The notes beneath the pieces are model-generated. The model did no database searches. It saw nothing but the letters and a program-made list of their open reading frames with translations, and was not told the DNA's origin. The position numbers and the translations under genes were made by a program. From a virus (Duplodnaviria > Caudoviricetes), in IMG/VR virus record IMGVR_UViG_3300015606_001334, positions 128,001-192,000 of that record: a stretch of DNA of 64,000 nt, one strand, 5' to 3'. Numbering within the stretch: position 1 is the first letter of the stretch; every line of letters starts with the position of its first letter. This document shows, in pieces, positions 9,431 through 17,569 of the stretch.

Positions 9431-9558
9431 TGGTTGAGGCGGAAGGAATCGAACCTTCTCTAGTCGGATATGAGTCGAGATAACCATCCACGAGCGGCGT
9501 ATCTCTACGCAAAAGTTGCAGGCGATGTTTTCCTGTGCTGCCAGTACACTACGCCTCA
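9431..9558 (-). ncRNA. tRNA(CAT)-like body with Y-RNA-like module before the anticodon hairpin
   Basis: TGAGGCG/CGCCTCA-A-CCA; CTTTTGCGTA-GAGA-TACGC-C-G...GGTTATC, then CTCATAT loop and T-arm. Confidence 0.8.
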
Positions 9559-10097
9559 ATTGAACTACAATTATCAAAATGCCATCTCATCATGACATTT
9601 CTTGCACCCTCTTTACCGCAATGAGGACACTTGATCTTTTCCCTGATTTTACCAAGGTTTTTCTTACCACCGGATGAACAATTAGGATGCTGACTAATTT
9701 TCTTTTTCGTTTCCATTGGCATTTCAAATTTTCCATTCGGACCATTTTTAATGCCGCCAATACGAGAAAAATAATCTTCACCGTACTTCTTTTTCATTGT
9801 TTCTTTTCGTTTATGTCCATCTTCATTCCATCCACCTAACGTTTCAGGAATTAGATTTGCCCAGAGTTCTGACTTAACTATGTTATTGTCATCACTAAAC
9901 TGACGGGCAATTCTTGCACATTCTTCGCGATCCTCGTAGGATCCAATAACTTCAGTAGAAACATCGTTACCAAATTCGTTAAGATGCTTACACCAGTTTT
10001 TACCTGATCCACGGTATTTCATTGGATCATGGGTAGTCTTTCCGAAATACTTAAGACCTGTTTTATTATGGGTCTTAACGTAAAGAAAGATCATCAA
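9549..10097 (-). CDS. GIY-YIG-like homing endonuclease with C-terminal Zn ribbon
   Basis: FLYVKTHNKTGLKYFGKT, YRGSG, CPHC. Confidence 0.8.
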   Translation of the reverse strand: MMIFLYVKTHNKTGLKYFGKTTHDPMKYRGSGKNWCKHLNEFGNDVSTEVIGSYEDREECARIARQFSDDNNIVKSELWANLIPETLGGWNEDGHKRKETMKKKYGEDYFSRIGGIKNGPNGKFEMPMETKKKISQHPNCSSGGKKNLGKIREKIKCPHCGKEGARNVMMRWHFDNCSSIEA

Positions 10098-10411
10098 TTA
10101 ATTCCCATCTTCTTTACTAGCAAAACGTCTTGTAGATGCTCAAGCGATTCGAATGCATCCATCAATGTCAAAGCCTTTTCAACTGTGTTGTTACGACGAC
10201 GCATTTTGCGAAGTTCACTAATAGTATCTTCTTCGTCCTCGTCAATAAATGCTTTTTCGAAATGCTCAAAAATTCTATCTACACATGCAGCTTCAGATCC
10301 GAATACTTCCATGTTTTCGAATATGTCGTCATCGGCAAATTGACCATTGTTAAGGTCTAGCACGATGATCCAAACATCGCCAGCTGATTCAAAAAGAGTT
10401 TGAAGTCTCAT
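10094..10411 (-). CDS. hypothetical acidic protein, late
   Basis: AATAAATA upstream; MRLQTLFE. Confidence 0.65.
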   Translation of the reverse strand: MRLQTLFESAGDVWIIVLDLNNGQFADDDIFENMEVFGSEAACVDRIFEHFEKAFIDEDEEDTISELRKMRRRNNTVEKALTLMDAFESLEHLQDVLLVKKMGIN

Positions 10412-10443
10412 TTTACACCTCTTAAAGAGGTTATTTATTACTT

Positions 10444-10623
10444 TGGTACCCCAAGTAGGATTCGAACCTACGACCTATCGGTTAAATACCGATTGCTCTA
10501 CGTTTTTGGGCTGGCTTTATTACCTACTTTGACGTCATTTTCGGAAACCAAAGACAGCTTAAACGAAAGACTTTGACGAGTTAGCTAATCTCGCCGTTTC
10601 CTTTGCCACTGAGCTATTAGGGT
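10444..10623 (-). ncRNA. tRNA-like RNA (Lys TTT?) with ~100-nt insertion in D-loop
   Basis: GCTCAGTGG-[insert]-TAGAGC; anticodon loop TATTTAA; T-arm; A-CCA. Confidence 0.75.
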
Positions 10624-10751
10624 TGGTGCCCCGACCCGGGATCGAACCGGGATGACCGAAGTCGACAGATTTTCTTAAGCGGGCTCAGTCACTAAGTTTC
10701 AGAACCCGCTTCGTGAAAGTCTGTTGCGTCTACCAATTTCGCCATCGGGGC
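10624..10751 (-). ncRNA. tRNA-Leu body with hairpin insertion in anticodon loop (possible intron)
   Basis: Leu D-loop and variable arm, CCA; AAGCGGGTTC/GAGCCCGCTT helix inside the loop. Confidence 0.8.
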
Positions 10752-11024
10752 ATTAAAAAGCTAAGCTAAGAGTGATAGTGATTTCAATCTTCTTGTGTTC
10801 ACGTGCATCGTCAGGCTTATTCAACTCTTTGTGTTCAATAGCTTTATCAATAACTTCAGAAAGATCCTTACGGTTCTGACCTGATTTTGACTTATCTACC
10901 TTTTCTAGGTTGCCATAAATTTTCATGATTTCCTCTACTACTACTGCTTTTAAAGTAGTATTTATCGGACATAGACAAAAATCAAGAAAAAATAGGTGAA
11001 AAAGTCATTTGTTATCAATTACTT

Positions 11025-11133
11025 ATTGTTACTAAAGGCATATGTCGAAAGTAACAATTGACTTAAGACATGTATCTAAAGGCATATGCCTTTAGTAACA
11101 ATTTGACCATAAGGCATATGCCTTATGGTCAAA
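11025..11133 (+). repeat. cluster of nested palindromes (AAGGCATATG x3)
   Basis: Perfect 32-bp palindrome 11102-11133, 20-bp palindrome 11076-11095, inverted repeat 11025-11042/11085-11102. Confidence 0.85.
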
Positions 11134-11167
11134 ACTGTTGAGGAAGCGTTGCACTTCCTCTGCTGGA

Positions 11168-12064
11168 TTACTTGATCGATACCGGTGCCAGAGCTCGGGA
11201 GAGACTAGCTTCACCGCGACCATAAACTTCAGGGCGATAATTTGCAACCGTGTCGGTACGAGCAGTGGTCAACAGTTGATTGGTGATTTGCTTTGCACTT
11301 GCACCAACGAACTTACTTCCGAGGATCGCAGCATAACCATCGATGATCGGGGCTGCGAAGGAAGTTCCAGCAAGGTTAGTCGTCGTGCTAACAACGCCAA
11401 CCGAAAGAAACTTGTTTTGAACATTTACGTCAGAACCTGCGACGTTGGAGTAGCTGGTCATCGAAGCCTTGCTAGCAGTCGTTCCGTTCTTGTTGAGAGC
11501 GCCTGCAAAGATGGTCGTTTGACCACTGATCAGTGCAGATGCGAGGAAATCCTTGGTGCCGTTCTTGGTCGTTTGACCAACTGCAACGCTATCGTTACCT
11601 GCAGCCTTGACAACAATGGCAGTACCATTTTGGGCTGCTGCGATGATCGACTTTTCAGTTGCGTTGGTGATGATGTACTTTTGGTCGATCGTAGTGGGTG
11701 CGAACAGACCGTAACTTGCGTTGACGATGTTCAGCTTACCAGGTTCCAGATTGATCGCAGAACCATTCATATAACCAGTGGTGCTGATCTTCGCTTCAGG
11801 GGCAACCAAACTTGCTTCTTGAGAAACCCAGAAACCGTGACCCTTGACTTCGATGCTGTTGGTAAGACGACCAACGATCAGAGAGCGGTTGGAGAAATCA
11901 TCGACAACCAAAATGTTGGTACCTTGGCCCTTGTAACCCTGCGACCATGCAGACTTGACATCAGCATGTTCCCAGTTGGACCAGTAAGTGGGTTCGACAG
12001 CTTGAACAGAGAGGGAAGTAACTGCCAGAGCGATCATCGTGAGGGACTTATTCAGGGAGGTCAT
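11168..12064 (-). CDS. secreted subtilisin-like (S8) serine protease
   Basis: Signal peptide; ILVVDD, HG, AAGN, GTSFAAP catalytic motifs. Confidence 0.9.
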   Translation of the reverse strand: MTSLNKSLTMIALAVTSLSVQAVEPTYWSNWEHADVKSAWSQGYKGQGTNILVVDDFSNRSLIVGRLTNSIEVKGHGFWVSQEASLVAPEAKISTTGYMNGSAINLEPGKLNIVNASYGLFAPTTIDQKYIITNATEKSIIAAAQNGTAIVVKAAGNDSVAVGQTTKNGTKDFLASALISGQTTIFAGALNKNGTTASKASMTSYSNVAGSDVNVQNKFLSVGVVSTTTNLAGTSFAAPIIDGYAAILGSKFVGASAKQITNQLLTTARTDTVANYRPEVYGRGEASLSRALAPVSIK

Positions 12065-12136
12065 GGCTTTTCCTTTCGTTTGAATGACTACCACAATTGA
12101 AATTATATCAAAATTTCGGGAAATGTAAACAAATTT

Positions 12137-12700
12137 TCAAAAAGAATATTTGAATTGAACGCTGATAGTTTTGTAATTTACAGGGCGCTCATTCAAGTTG
12201 TACTTGAGAGTTTCAGAAGGTTGAAGCTCAGTTGCAGCCAACCGACAGTTGACTTCTTGAACTCCACCAATCTCGCCATAATCAGCAATACAGGACTTTT
12301 CCCGCAAGCGACCTCCAAATGTATAAAAACCATTCATGGAAATCGTAGCTTGCTTGTTGAAACTATGGATATAAACTGCGCCGAGCTTGAAGCTCGGATC
12401 AATTGTGTACTTAGGCGCCTTTTCACCCGTCGAAAATCCCCAAAGAATACCGAACTCCTTAGAGACTTGAGTCACATAGTCGACCTTAACATCTGTCCAC
12501 TTGGACGTATACCACTTATCAAATTTAATTTGGGAGCCAGTAGCAGATTCATAACCTGTAAAACTGGAAAGGCTGTGTGCCTTTGAGGAGAGAGGGGATC
12601 CTTGCTGGATCCCAATCAGGTAAGTATCATCGAAAAAGTCGAAGGCATTCGCATTAAACGATACCACCAAAAGCATTCCAATAATTGACTTACGCATCAT
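12137..12700 (-). CDS. exported, outer-membrane beta-rich protein
   Basis: Signal peptide ANA-F, alternating beta pattern, C-terminal YSF. Confidence 0.6.
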   Translation of the reverse strand: MMRKSIIGMLLVVSFNANAFDFFDDTYLIGIQQGSPLSSKAHSLSSFTGYESATGSQIKFDKWYTSKWTDVKVDYVTQVSKEFGILWGFSTGEKAPKYTIDPSFKLGAVYIHSFNKQATISMNGFYTFGGRLREKSCIADYGEIGGVQEVNCRLAATELQPSETLKYNLNERPVNYKTISVQFKYSF

Positions 12701-12758
12701 GATAATTCTCCGTCTATGATTGAATTATATCACAAACCGAAAGAATGTAAACAAAATT

Positions 12759-12834
12759 TGGAGCGGGCAGCGAGTCTCGAACTCGCGACCTTCTGCTTGG
12801 CAAGCAGATGTTCTACCAACTGAACTATGCCCGC
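12759..12834 (-). tRNA. tRNA-Gly(GCC)
   Basis: Cloverleaf, loop TTGCCAA, U-CCA. Confidence 0.95.
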
Positions 12835-13010
12835 GTATAAGCTGTTGTTTTACTGCCTAGGAGGTCAAATCTCCCATGGATATGTACTCGTTCGGTCATG
12901 ACTCCGACTATCCTACATAACTCTAACCTTTCAATCAATAGTTTCCTAGGACAATTGATAACTCTGGCTAGCAAGGTGTTCCCACTGAAGGGTCACTATA
13001 CAACAACTTA

Positions 13011-13152
13011 AGGTCTCCCTGGATGGACTCGAACCATCGGCCCCCATAATTCCGCAGCTTAAGATGAGTTGCTACCCATCTCCGAAAATTCCATTTCGAT
13101 TTGGTCCTTTACCATGAGCGGTGGAGAGCTCTACCAACTGAGCTACAGGAAG
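13011..13152 (-). ncRNA. tRNA-like RNA with ~70-nt structured anticodon-arm expansion
   Basis: Intact acceptor, D and T arms; ends A-CCT. Confidence 0.75.
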
Positions 13153-13154
13153 AT

Positions 13155-13514
13155 TTACATTTGCGAAGAAACCCACCTTCGGACTTCTTCAATCTTGAAC
13201 GGCTTAACGAAGTATCGATCGGCCTGTCTTTCTACTAAAGCTAGAATATTTTGCTCTTCTGGATCTTTTCCAGACATGAGAGCTATCTTAACGTCATCAA
13301 AATCCTTAAAGGACTTTATTGCGGCGAGTGTTTGATAGCCATTCATTTTGGGCATCATCAGATCAAGCAGGATCACCTTTGGTTTTACTTGGCATAAGAT
13401 TTCTAATGCTTCCAATCCATCTTTAGCCTGGATCACCTCATACTGCTTCTCAAGTATTGCTTGTAGTAATCTGCGAACATGCGGATTATCGTCTATGATT
13501 AGGACCGTTCCCAT
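13155..13514 (-). CDS. single-domain response regulator (receiver)
   Basis: VLIIDD, ILLDLMMPKMNG, FVKPF; start MGTVL with AGGA RBS. Confidence 0.9.
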   Translation of the reverse strand: MGTVLIIDDNPHVRRLLQAILEKQYEVIQAKDGLEALEILCQVKPKVILLDLMMPKMNGYQTLAAIKSFKDFDDVKIALMSGKDPEEQNILALVERQADRYFVKPFKIEEVRRWVSSQM

Positions 13515-13531
13515 AATATTTCCTATTGGCT

Positions 13532-13616
13532 TGGTGCCCAGGGTGGGACTCGAACCCACACGCCTTTCGGCACTGGCTTCTAAGACCAGCGCGTCTACCA
13601 ATTCCGCCACCTGGGC
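13532..13616 (-). tRNA. tRNA-Leu(TAG)
   Basis: Class II cloverleaf, loop CTTAGAA. Confidence 0.95.
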
Positions 13617-13716
13617 ATTTGATGGTATCAACTAACTTTTCGATCGCATTGTCCGTCTCTCCTATGCTCGAATACCTAAAGTACGGACTTTCTATCATGA
13701 CATCGTTTCAACCATC

Positions 13717-13792
13717 TGGTGGGACTTGACGGGTTCGAACCGCCGACCCTCTCCTTGTAAGGGAGACGCTCTACCAACTGAGCTAAAGTCCC
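13717..13792 (-). tRNA. tRNA-Val(TAC)
   Basis: Cloverleaf, loop CTTACAA. Confidence 0.95.
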
Positions 13793-13912
13793 AAGATTTA
13801 GAACTTTTCCAAGCGTTACCAAGGATTCTCTTCGAGGATTCTCCACATACCCGTTAATAGATATGCTTCAAATTGTTCTACCCCTAGTTGGGAATCTACC
13901 CAACACGGATAC

Positions 13913-13985
13913 TGGAGCGGGCGACGAGATTCGAACTCGCCTGTTCCGGCTTGGAAGGCCAGACGTTCTCCAGTTGACCGCCCGC
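13913..13985 (-). tRNA. tRNA-Gly(TCC), shortened D-arm
   Basis: GCGGGCG acceptor, loop CTTCCAA, U-CCA. Confidence 0.8.
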
Positions 13986-13990
13986 ATAAG

Positions 13991-14096
13991 ACTAACAAAA
14001 GTAGAAATTGACTAAAGTTGCATCCAGCATTCAAGAGGAGAATCGAACTCCTAACTCCATTTTCGCAGAATAGATAACCAATTTCAAGCGGTTAGC
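13991..14096 (-). ncRNA. YrlA-like Y RNA (T-arm, then D-like loop)
   Basis: GCTAAC-C-G / CTTTTGTTAGT, GGTTATC, AGGAG-TTCGATT-CTCCT. Confidence 0.8.
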
Positions 14097-14098
14097 TT

Positions 14099-14174
14099 TG
14101 GCTCTGTAGGGTGGGCTCGAACCACCGACCGACGGATTAACAGTCCGTTGCTCTACCAACTGAGCTACTACAGA
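14099..14174 (-). tRNA. tRNA-Asn(GTT)
   Basis: Loop CTGTTAA, G-CCA. Confidence 0.95.
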
Positions 14175-14211
14175 ATAGAAAGGAACTTTGTTAAGAGTTC
14201 CTTTTTGTTAA

Positions 14212-14481
14212 TTAAGCGCTTTCAGAGCCGCTCTTAACGAATGCATCTAGCGACTTTTGAGCTGCTTCGCTAAATGGGGTGACTTCGATTACTTGAGACC
14301 AAGTAACTGCACCAAGATCAACAGATTCACCAACTGCAACGGTGACTTCGTCGAATGGATAAGAAGTCTTATCAGCTTCGTCGACTACTGGACCGTCGCC
14401 GTTTGCGACGTTGTAAACCTTACCAGACTTTTTGAATTGAACCTTGACTGGATTTTGTGCTTCGTTTTTGAAAACAGACAT
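14212..14481 (-). CDS. hypothetical protein
   Basis: AGGAG RBS, start MSVFKN, terminator hairpin downstream. Confidence 0.7.
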   Translation of the reverse strand: MSVFKNEAQNPVKVQFKKSGKVYNVANGDGPVVDEADKTSYPFDEVTVAVGESVDLGAVTWSQVIEVTPFSEAAQKSLDAFVKSGSESA

Positions 14482-14554
14482 TTTATTTCTCCTATAAGAA
14501 AACAACATGTTGTGGGTAACCAACAATGCTATTTATATTTTTCGGAGATTCATT

Positions 14555-14630
14555 TGGTGCCCCAGGACTAGAATTGAACTGTCGACCCCTTCCTTACAAG
14601 GGAAGTGCTCTACCACTGAGCTACAAGGGC
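14555..14630 (-). tRNA. tRNA-Thr(TGT)
   Basis: Loop CTTGTAA. Confidence 0.92.
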
Positions 14631-14706
14631 ATTTGCGATTTAAACCTTGAAGGCCTCCATTTCTGGACGTTACTACAAACCTTAAGATGACGCATGAGTT
14701 ATTTAT

Positions 14707-14791
14707 TGGTGCCCATCGCCGGACTCGAACCGGCACTCCTTTCGGAAGTAGATTTTGAGTCTACCGCGTCTACCAATTCCGCCAGACGGGC
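14707..14791 (-). tRNA. tRNA-Leu(CAA)
   Basis: Loop CTCAAAA, variable arm. Confidence 0.95.
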
Positions 14792-14923
14792 AAGGCGTTT
14801 ACTTAACCGTATGATCCAAGATGCCATCCTTCAAAGGTGGCCTATGTCAGTCACGATTTCTACGGTCTTCTCTGACTCAGCTGTCATACTCACTGCAGAA
14901 TTTTGTATGACAAACAAGTAAAC

Positions 14924-14998
14924 TGGTGCCCAAGGTTGGAATCGAACCTACGACCTCTTTCGTACCAAGAAAGCGTTCTACCACTGAACTACGAGGGC
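14924..14998 (-). tRNA. tRNA-Thr(GGT)
   Basis: Loop TTGGTAC. Confidence 0.92.
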
Positions 14999-15008
14999 AT
15001 AAAATGTT

Positions 15009-15095
15009 TGGTGCTCTAGGAGGGACTCGAACCCTCACGTCCTTTCGGACACAACGACCTCAACGTTGCGCGTCTACCAATTCCGCCACCAGAGC
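15009..15095 (-). tRNA. tRNA-Leu(GAG)
   Basis: Loop TTGAGGT, variable arm. Confidence 0.95.
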
Positions 15096-15099
15096 ATTT

Positions 15100-15202
15100 T
15101 GGCCCATCGCGAAGGATTTGAACCTTCATTTAACCTGGACGGAATCGAACCGTCTCGTTGGGATTCGCGCGAATAGTACCCAGGGAACCAACCCACGATG
15201 GA
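15100..15202 (-). ncRNA. tRNA-like RNA with two T-arms
   Basis: GACGG-TTCGATT-CCGTC and GAAGG-TTCAAAT-CCTTC inside a TCCATCG/CGATGGG helix with CCA. Confidence 0.65.
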
Positions 15203-15516
15203 TGGTGGAAACTGGCGAGGGGCTCATTCCCCACAACCTTCCAATCACGAAGTCTTATTAAGCTACAACACTCCACTTAATGGACTGGCCGGTCCAAGAA
15301 GCTTCATCATGTTGGGAGGACTTGTTTCCTCCACCTCGGCGTCTTCTGAGCTATAATAATTTATTAGAGCTACCACCTTGGAGCGCTCTCGAATGCATGG
15401 TATCCAGCCCCTACATTCTACACTCTTCTGCTTTAGACTCCGTGACCTACTCAGTACCAATGGCTGGCCCATTGTACTTTTATCCCGAAGAACGGATATA
15501 ATCAGTCACAGTTTCC
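15203..15516 (-). ncRNA. ~314-nt structured RNA with acceptor-like stem and CCA
   Basis: GGAAACTG/CAGTTTCC-A-CCA; multiple internal helices. Confidence 0.65.
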
Positions 15517-15594
15517 GGCGCTGAAGGTAGGATTCGAACCTACAACCCCCACACAATGAGGCAGGAGCTCTTACCAAACGAGACTTACATCAGC
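15516..15594 (-). tRNA. atypical tRNA (CAT-containing 8-nt loop)
   Basis: T-arm intact; D and anticodon arms irregular; ends G-CCG. Confidence 0.55.
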
Positions 15595-15715
15595 AAAATC
15601 GAAAGGTATCAGTTACCAGGCTGATCTTTATTCATTAGTTCAGCATCTCTCGCATCCACTTTTTCAGGGGAGAGCAACCTTCCTAACTATTCGCCTAAAT
15701 TTCTTAGGACCTTTC

Positions 15716-15800
15716 TGGTGCCCTGGGAGGGACTCGAACCCACACGCCTTGCGGCGCCAGAACCTAAATCTGGTGCGTCTACCAATTTCGCCACCAGGGC
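15716..15800 (-). tRNA. tRNA-Leu(TAG)
   Basis: Loop TTTAGGT. Confidence 0.95.
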
Positions 15801-15876
15801 AATTCATTATGGCTAACTTCGGATCCTTGGCCTTCGGCGTTCTAGTAGTTAGCAACGTACCCGTCATAATGAAATT

Positions 15877-15962
15877 TGGAGCGCAGGGTGTGATTCGAAC
15901 ACACGTGGGATTTCTCCGAGAGGTTTGCAATCTCCCGCCTTCGACCGCTTGGCTACCTGCGC
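15877..15962 (-). tRNA. tRNA-Cys(GCA) with long variable arm
   Basis: Loop TTGCAAA, U73-CCA, extra GGA-GAAA-TCC arm. Confidence 0.85.
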
Positions 15963-16243
15963 AAAGTGTACGTGGTGACTAGCCTTAAGTATCATGCCTG
16001 ATACAATTGGTGCCGTACGAACCATTCGTAATTTTTACATCTTCGATCAGATGGCTACCATCAGCGGTTTGCCTTTCTGCCAGTCGAATAACCCAGAGAT
16101 TGGTCAAATGGGCTTCTTTTGATTATCGATTCACGAAGAGAAAAACGGCTTTCATACGATGCAAGCAGCACGCCTAGCGACTCAGTCCTAGGAGAGGTCC
16201 CTTAACCTGGAAATCTAGGAGATTCACTTAGTCAAAATGAATC

Positions 16244-16321
16244 TGGCCTCGCGAGAGGGATTCGAACCCCCGACCCGCTGCTTAGAAGGCAGCTGCTCTA
16301 GTCCAACTGAGCTACCGCGAG
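16244..16321 (-). tRNA. tRNA-Arg(TCT)
   Basis: Loop CTTCTAA. Confidence 0.95.
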
Positions 16322-16503
16322 AAAAACAATTCTTAGCCCTGGAATTACTTATGAGAATCCGCATAGTTCCAGTTTAACGGCCCTCACTAAGAATTGGGCG
16401 CATATGGAGATCATTGAAATCGTCTATCACCGTGCTTAGTTTCGTACTGAAGCGTACGTCTTTAGACTTATCGGCACCGTCACCCTTCCGGCTCATATGC
16501 GTA

Positions 16504-16765
16504 GTCATTGACAAAATTTAGATATCGGATATTCAGAGAAAAGCGAACTTAACTCCTAGTTAGATGGGTCAGTCACCTAACAACCGCCTACTTATTCTTA
16601 GTAGGAAATATCGACGTTATTCTATGTCGACAATAATCAAATTGTAATCGAGGAGGAGCAAGCTCCTTGTTCCCTCTGTTGTCCGTCAATTTGAAAAAAT
16701 AGACAACATCTCAATTAAGGACGATCATTAGCTATTAAGATAACCAATATCTCGCGGTCAATGAT
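16504..16765 (-). ncRNA. Y-RNA-like ncRNA (long form)
   Basis: CATTGAC-C-G / TTTTGTCAATG, AGATATTGG/CCGATATCT, GTTATC. Confidence 0.75.
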
Positions 16766-16841
16766 TGGTGGAACTGAAGGGAATCGAACCCTCAACATCT
16801 AGCTTGCAAAGCTAGCGCTCTCCCAATTGAGCTACAGCCCC
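16766..16841 (-). tRNA. tRNA-Ala(TGC)
   Basis: G3:U70, loop TTTGCAA. Confidence 0.95.
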
Positions 16842-17014
16842 AAAGTAAATGATATTTAATGTTCCAGCTTTTGGCATACTCTCTTAGGCTTCAGACCCAG
16901 GGATGTCAGCCCTTTTGCGCCTGCCAGGTTTCTTGCATGAACTTTTGACAGATTTTCTCATGCTCAAGGAATCCACCCAAACCAGCGTGTAACTTAGAGG
17001 GCTTCCATATCATT

Positions 17015-17100
17015 TGGTGCACCAGGTAGGATTCGAACCTACTCACCCAGAGGGAACAGATTTACAGTCTGCCGTAACTCTCCAACTTTACCGCTAGTGC
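17015..17100 (-). tRNA. tRNA-Tyr(GTA)
   Basis: Loop CTGTAAA, variable arm. Confidence 0.92.
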
Positions 17101-17106
17101 AATACA

Positions 17107-17224
17107 ATCAAACAAAGATAAAAATCGAATTGCTGCGCCCAATTTCTTGCAGCTCATAAATCCGAAGACCTATGATGGAGTCGAACCATTCATCTGATAG
17201 ATAATCGATTTTCGACGGTTTGAT
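17107..17224 (-). ncRNA. YrlA-like Y RNA (complete permuted tRNA domain)
   Basis: Bulged-C helix, ATTATC, T-arm, acceptor-like stem closed by TTCG, D-like arm. Confidence 0.85.
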
Positions 17225-17310
17225 TGGTGGTCTATCTAGGTAACGATCCTAGCCAACCCGAAGGTATCAGTTTTACAGACTGCGCGGCGTCCTTAGCCGA
17301 ATACTAGACC
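17225..17310 (-). tRNA. atypical tRNA-Tyr(GTA)
   Basis: Loop CTGTAAA; non-canonical T-loop ATCGTTA. Confidence 0.75.
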
Positions 17311-17317
17311 TTGAAAC

Positions 17318-17467
17318 TTAAAAATGCTCTTTTGTTACTTGATACTCAGGAGAAGGATATTCTTCCTTCTTAGCTTTCAAAAGCTCATTTGCTTCTGCTA
17401 CAGTGAGACACTTACGAGTAAAAACCGTAGTGTATCCCTTCATAACCACAATGTGCCAAAACTTCAT
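17318..17467 (-). CDS. hypothetical protein (49 aa)
   Basis: GGGAG RBS, start MKFWH. Confidence 0.65.
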   Translation of the reverse strand: MKFWHIVVMKGYTTVFTRKCLTVAEANELLKAKKEEYPSPEYQVTKEHF

Positions 17468-17488
17468 GCTTACTTCTCCCTTAATAAT

Positions 17489-17562
17489 TGGTTGCGGGCA
17501 GGGGAATCGAACCACCTTCCCAACTGGCTTATGAGACCAGCGTCAGACCTTCTGAACCCGCA
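17489..17562 (-). tRNA. tRNA-Met/Ile2(CAT), short D-arm
   Basis: Loop CTCATAA, A-CCA. Confidence 0.8.
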
Positions 17563-17569
17563 ATTGAGA

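Noticed and set aside
10444-10623. Ochre suppressor tRNA (TTA) or genome recoding
   Set aside because: In a 7-nt loop the anticodon is TTT. Genes end normally at TAA/TAG/TGA and long ORFs are intact in the standard code.
8505-10751. Group I/II introns in tRNAs
   Set aside because: Inserts are only ~40-105 nt and lack catalytic core elements.
13515-16000. Short ORFs overlapping tRNAs (e.g. 13816-14034, 14533-14736, 14926-15261, 15664-15930) and the N-terminal extension of 13155-13631
   Set aside because: They are translations of tRNA sequence with no RBS or protein features.
16398-16502. Hammerhead ribozyme (CTAAAGA...GAAAC)
   Set aside because: The core deviates from CUGANGA at an essential G, and stems I/III cannot be built convincingly.
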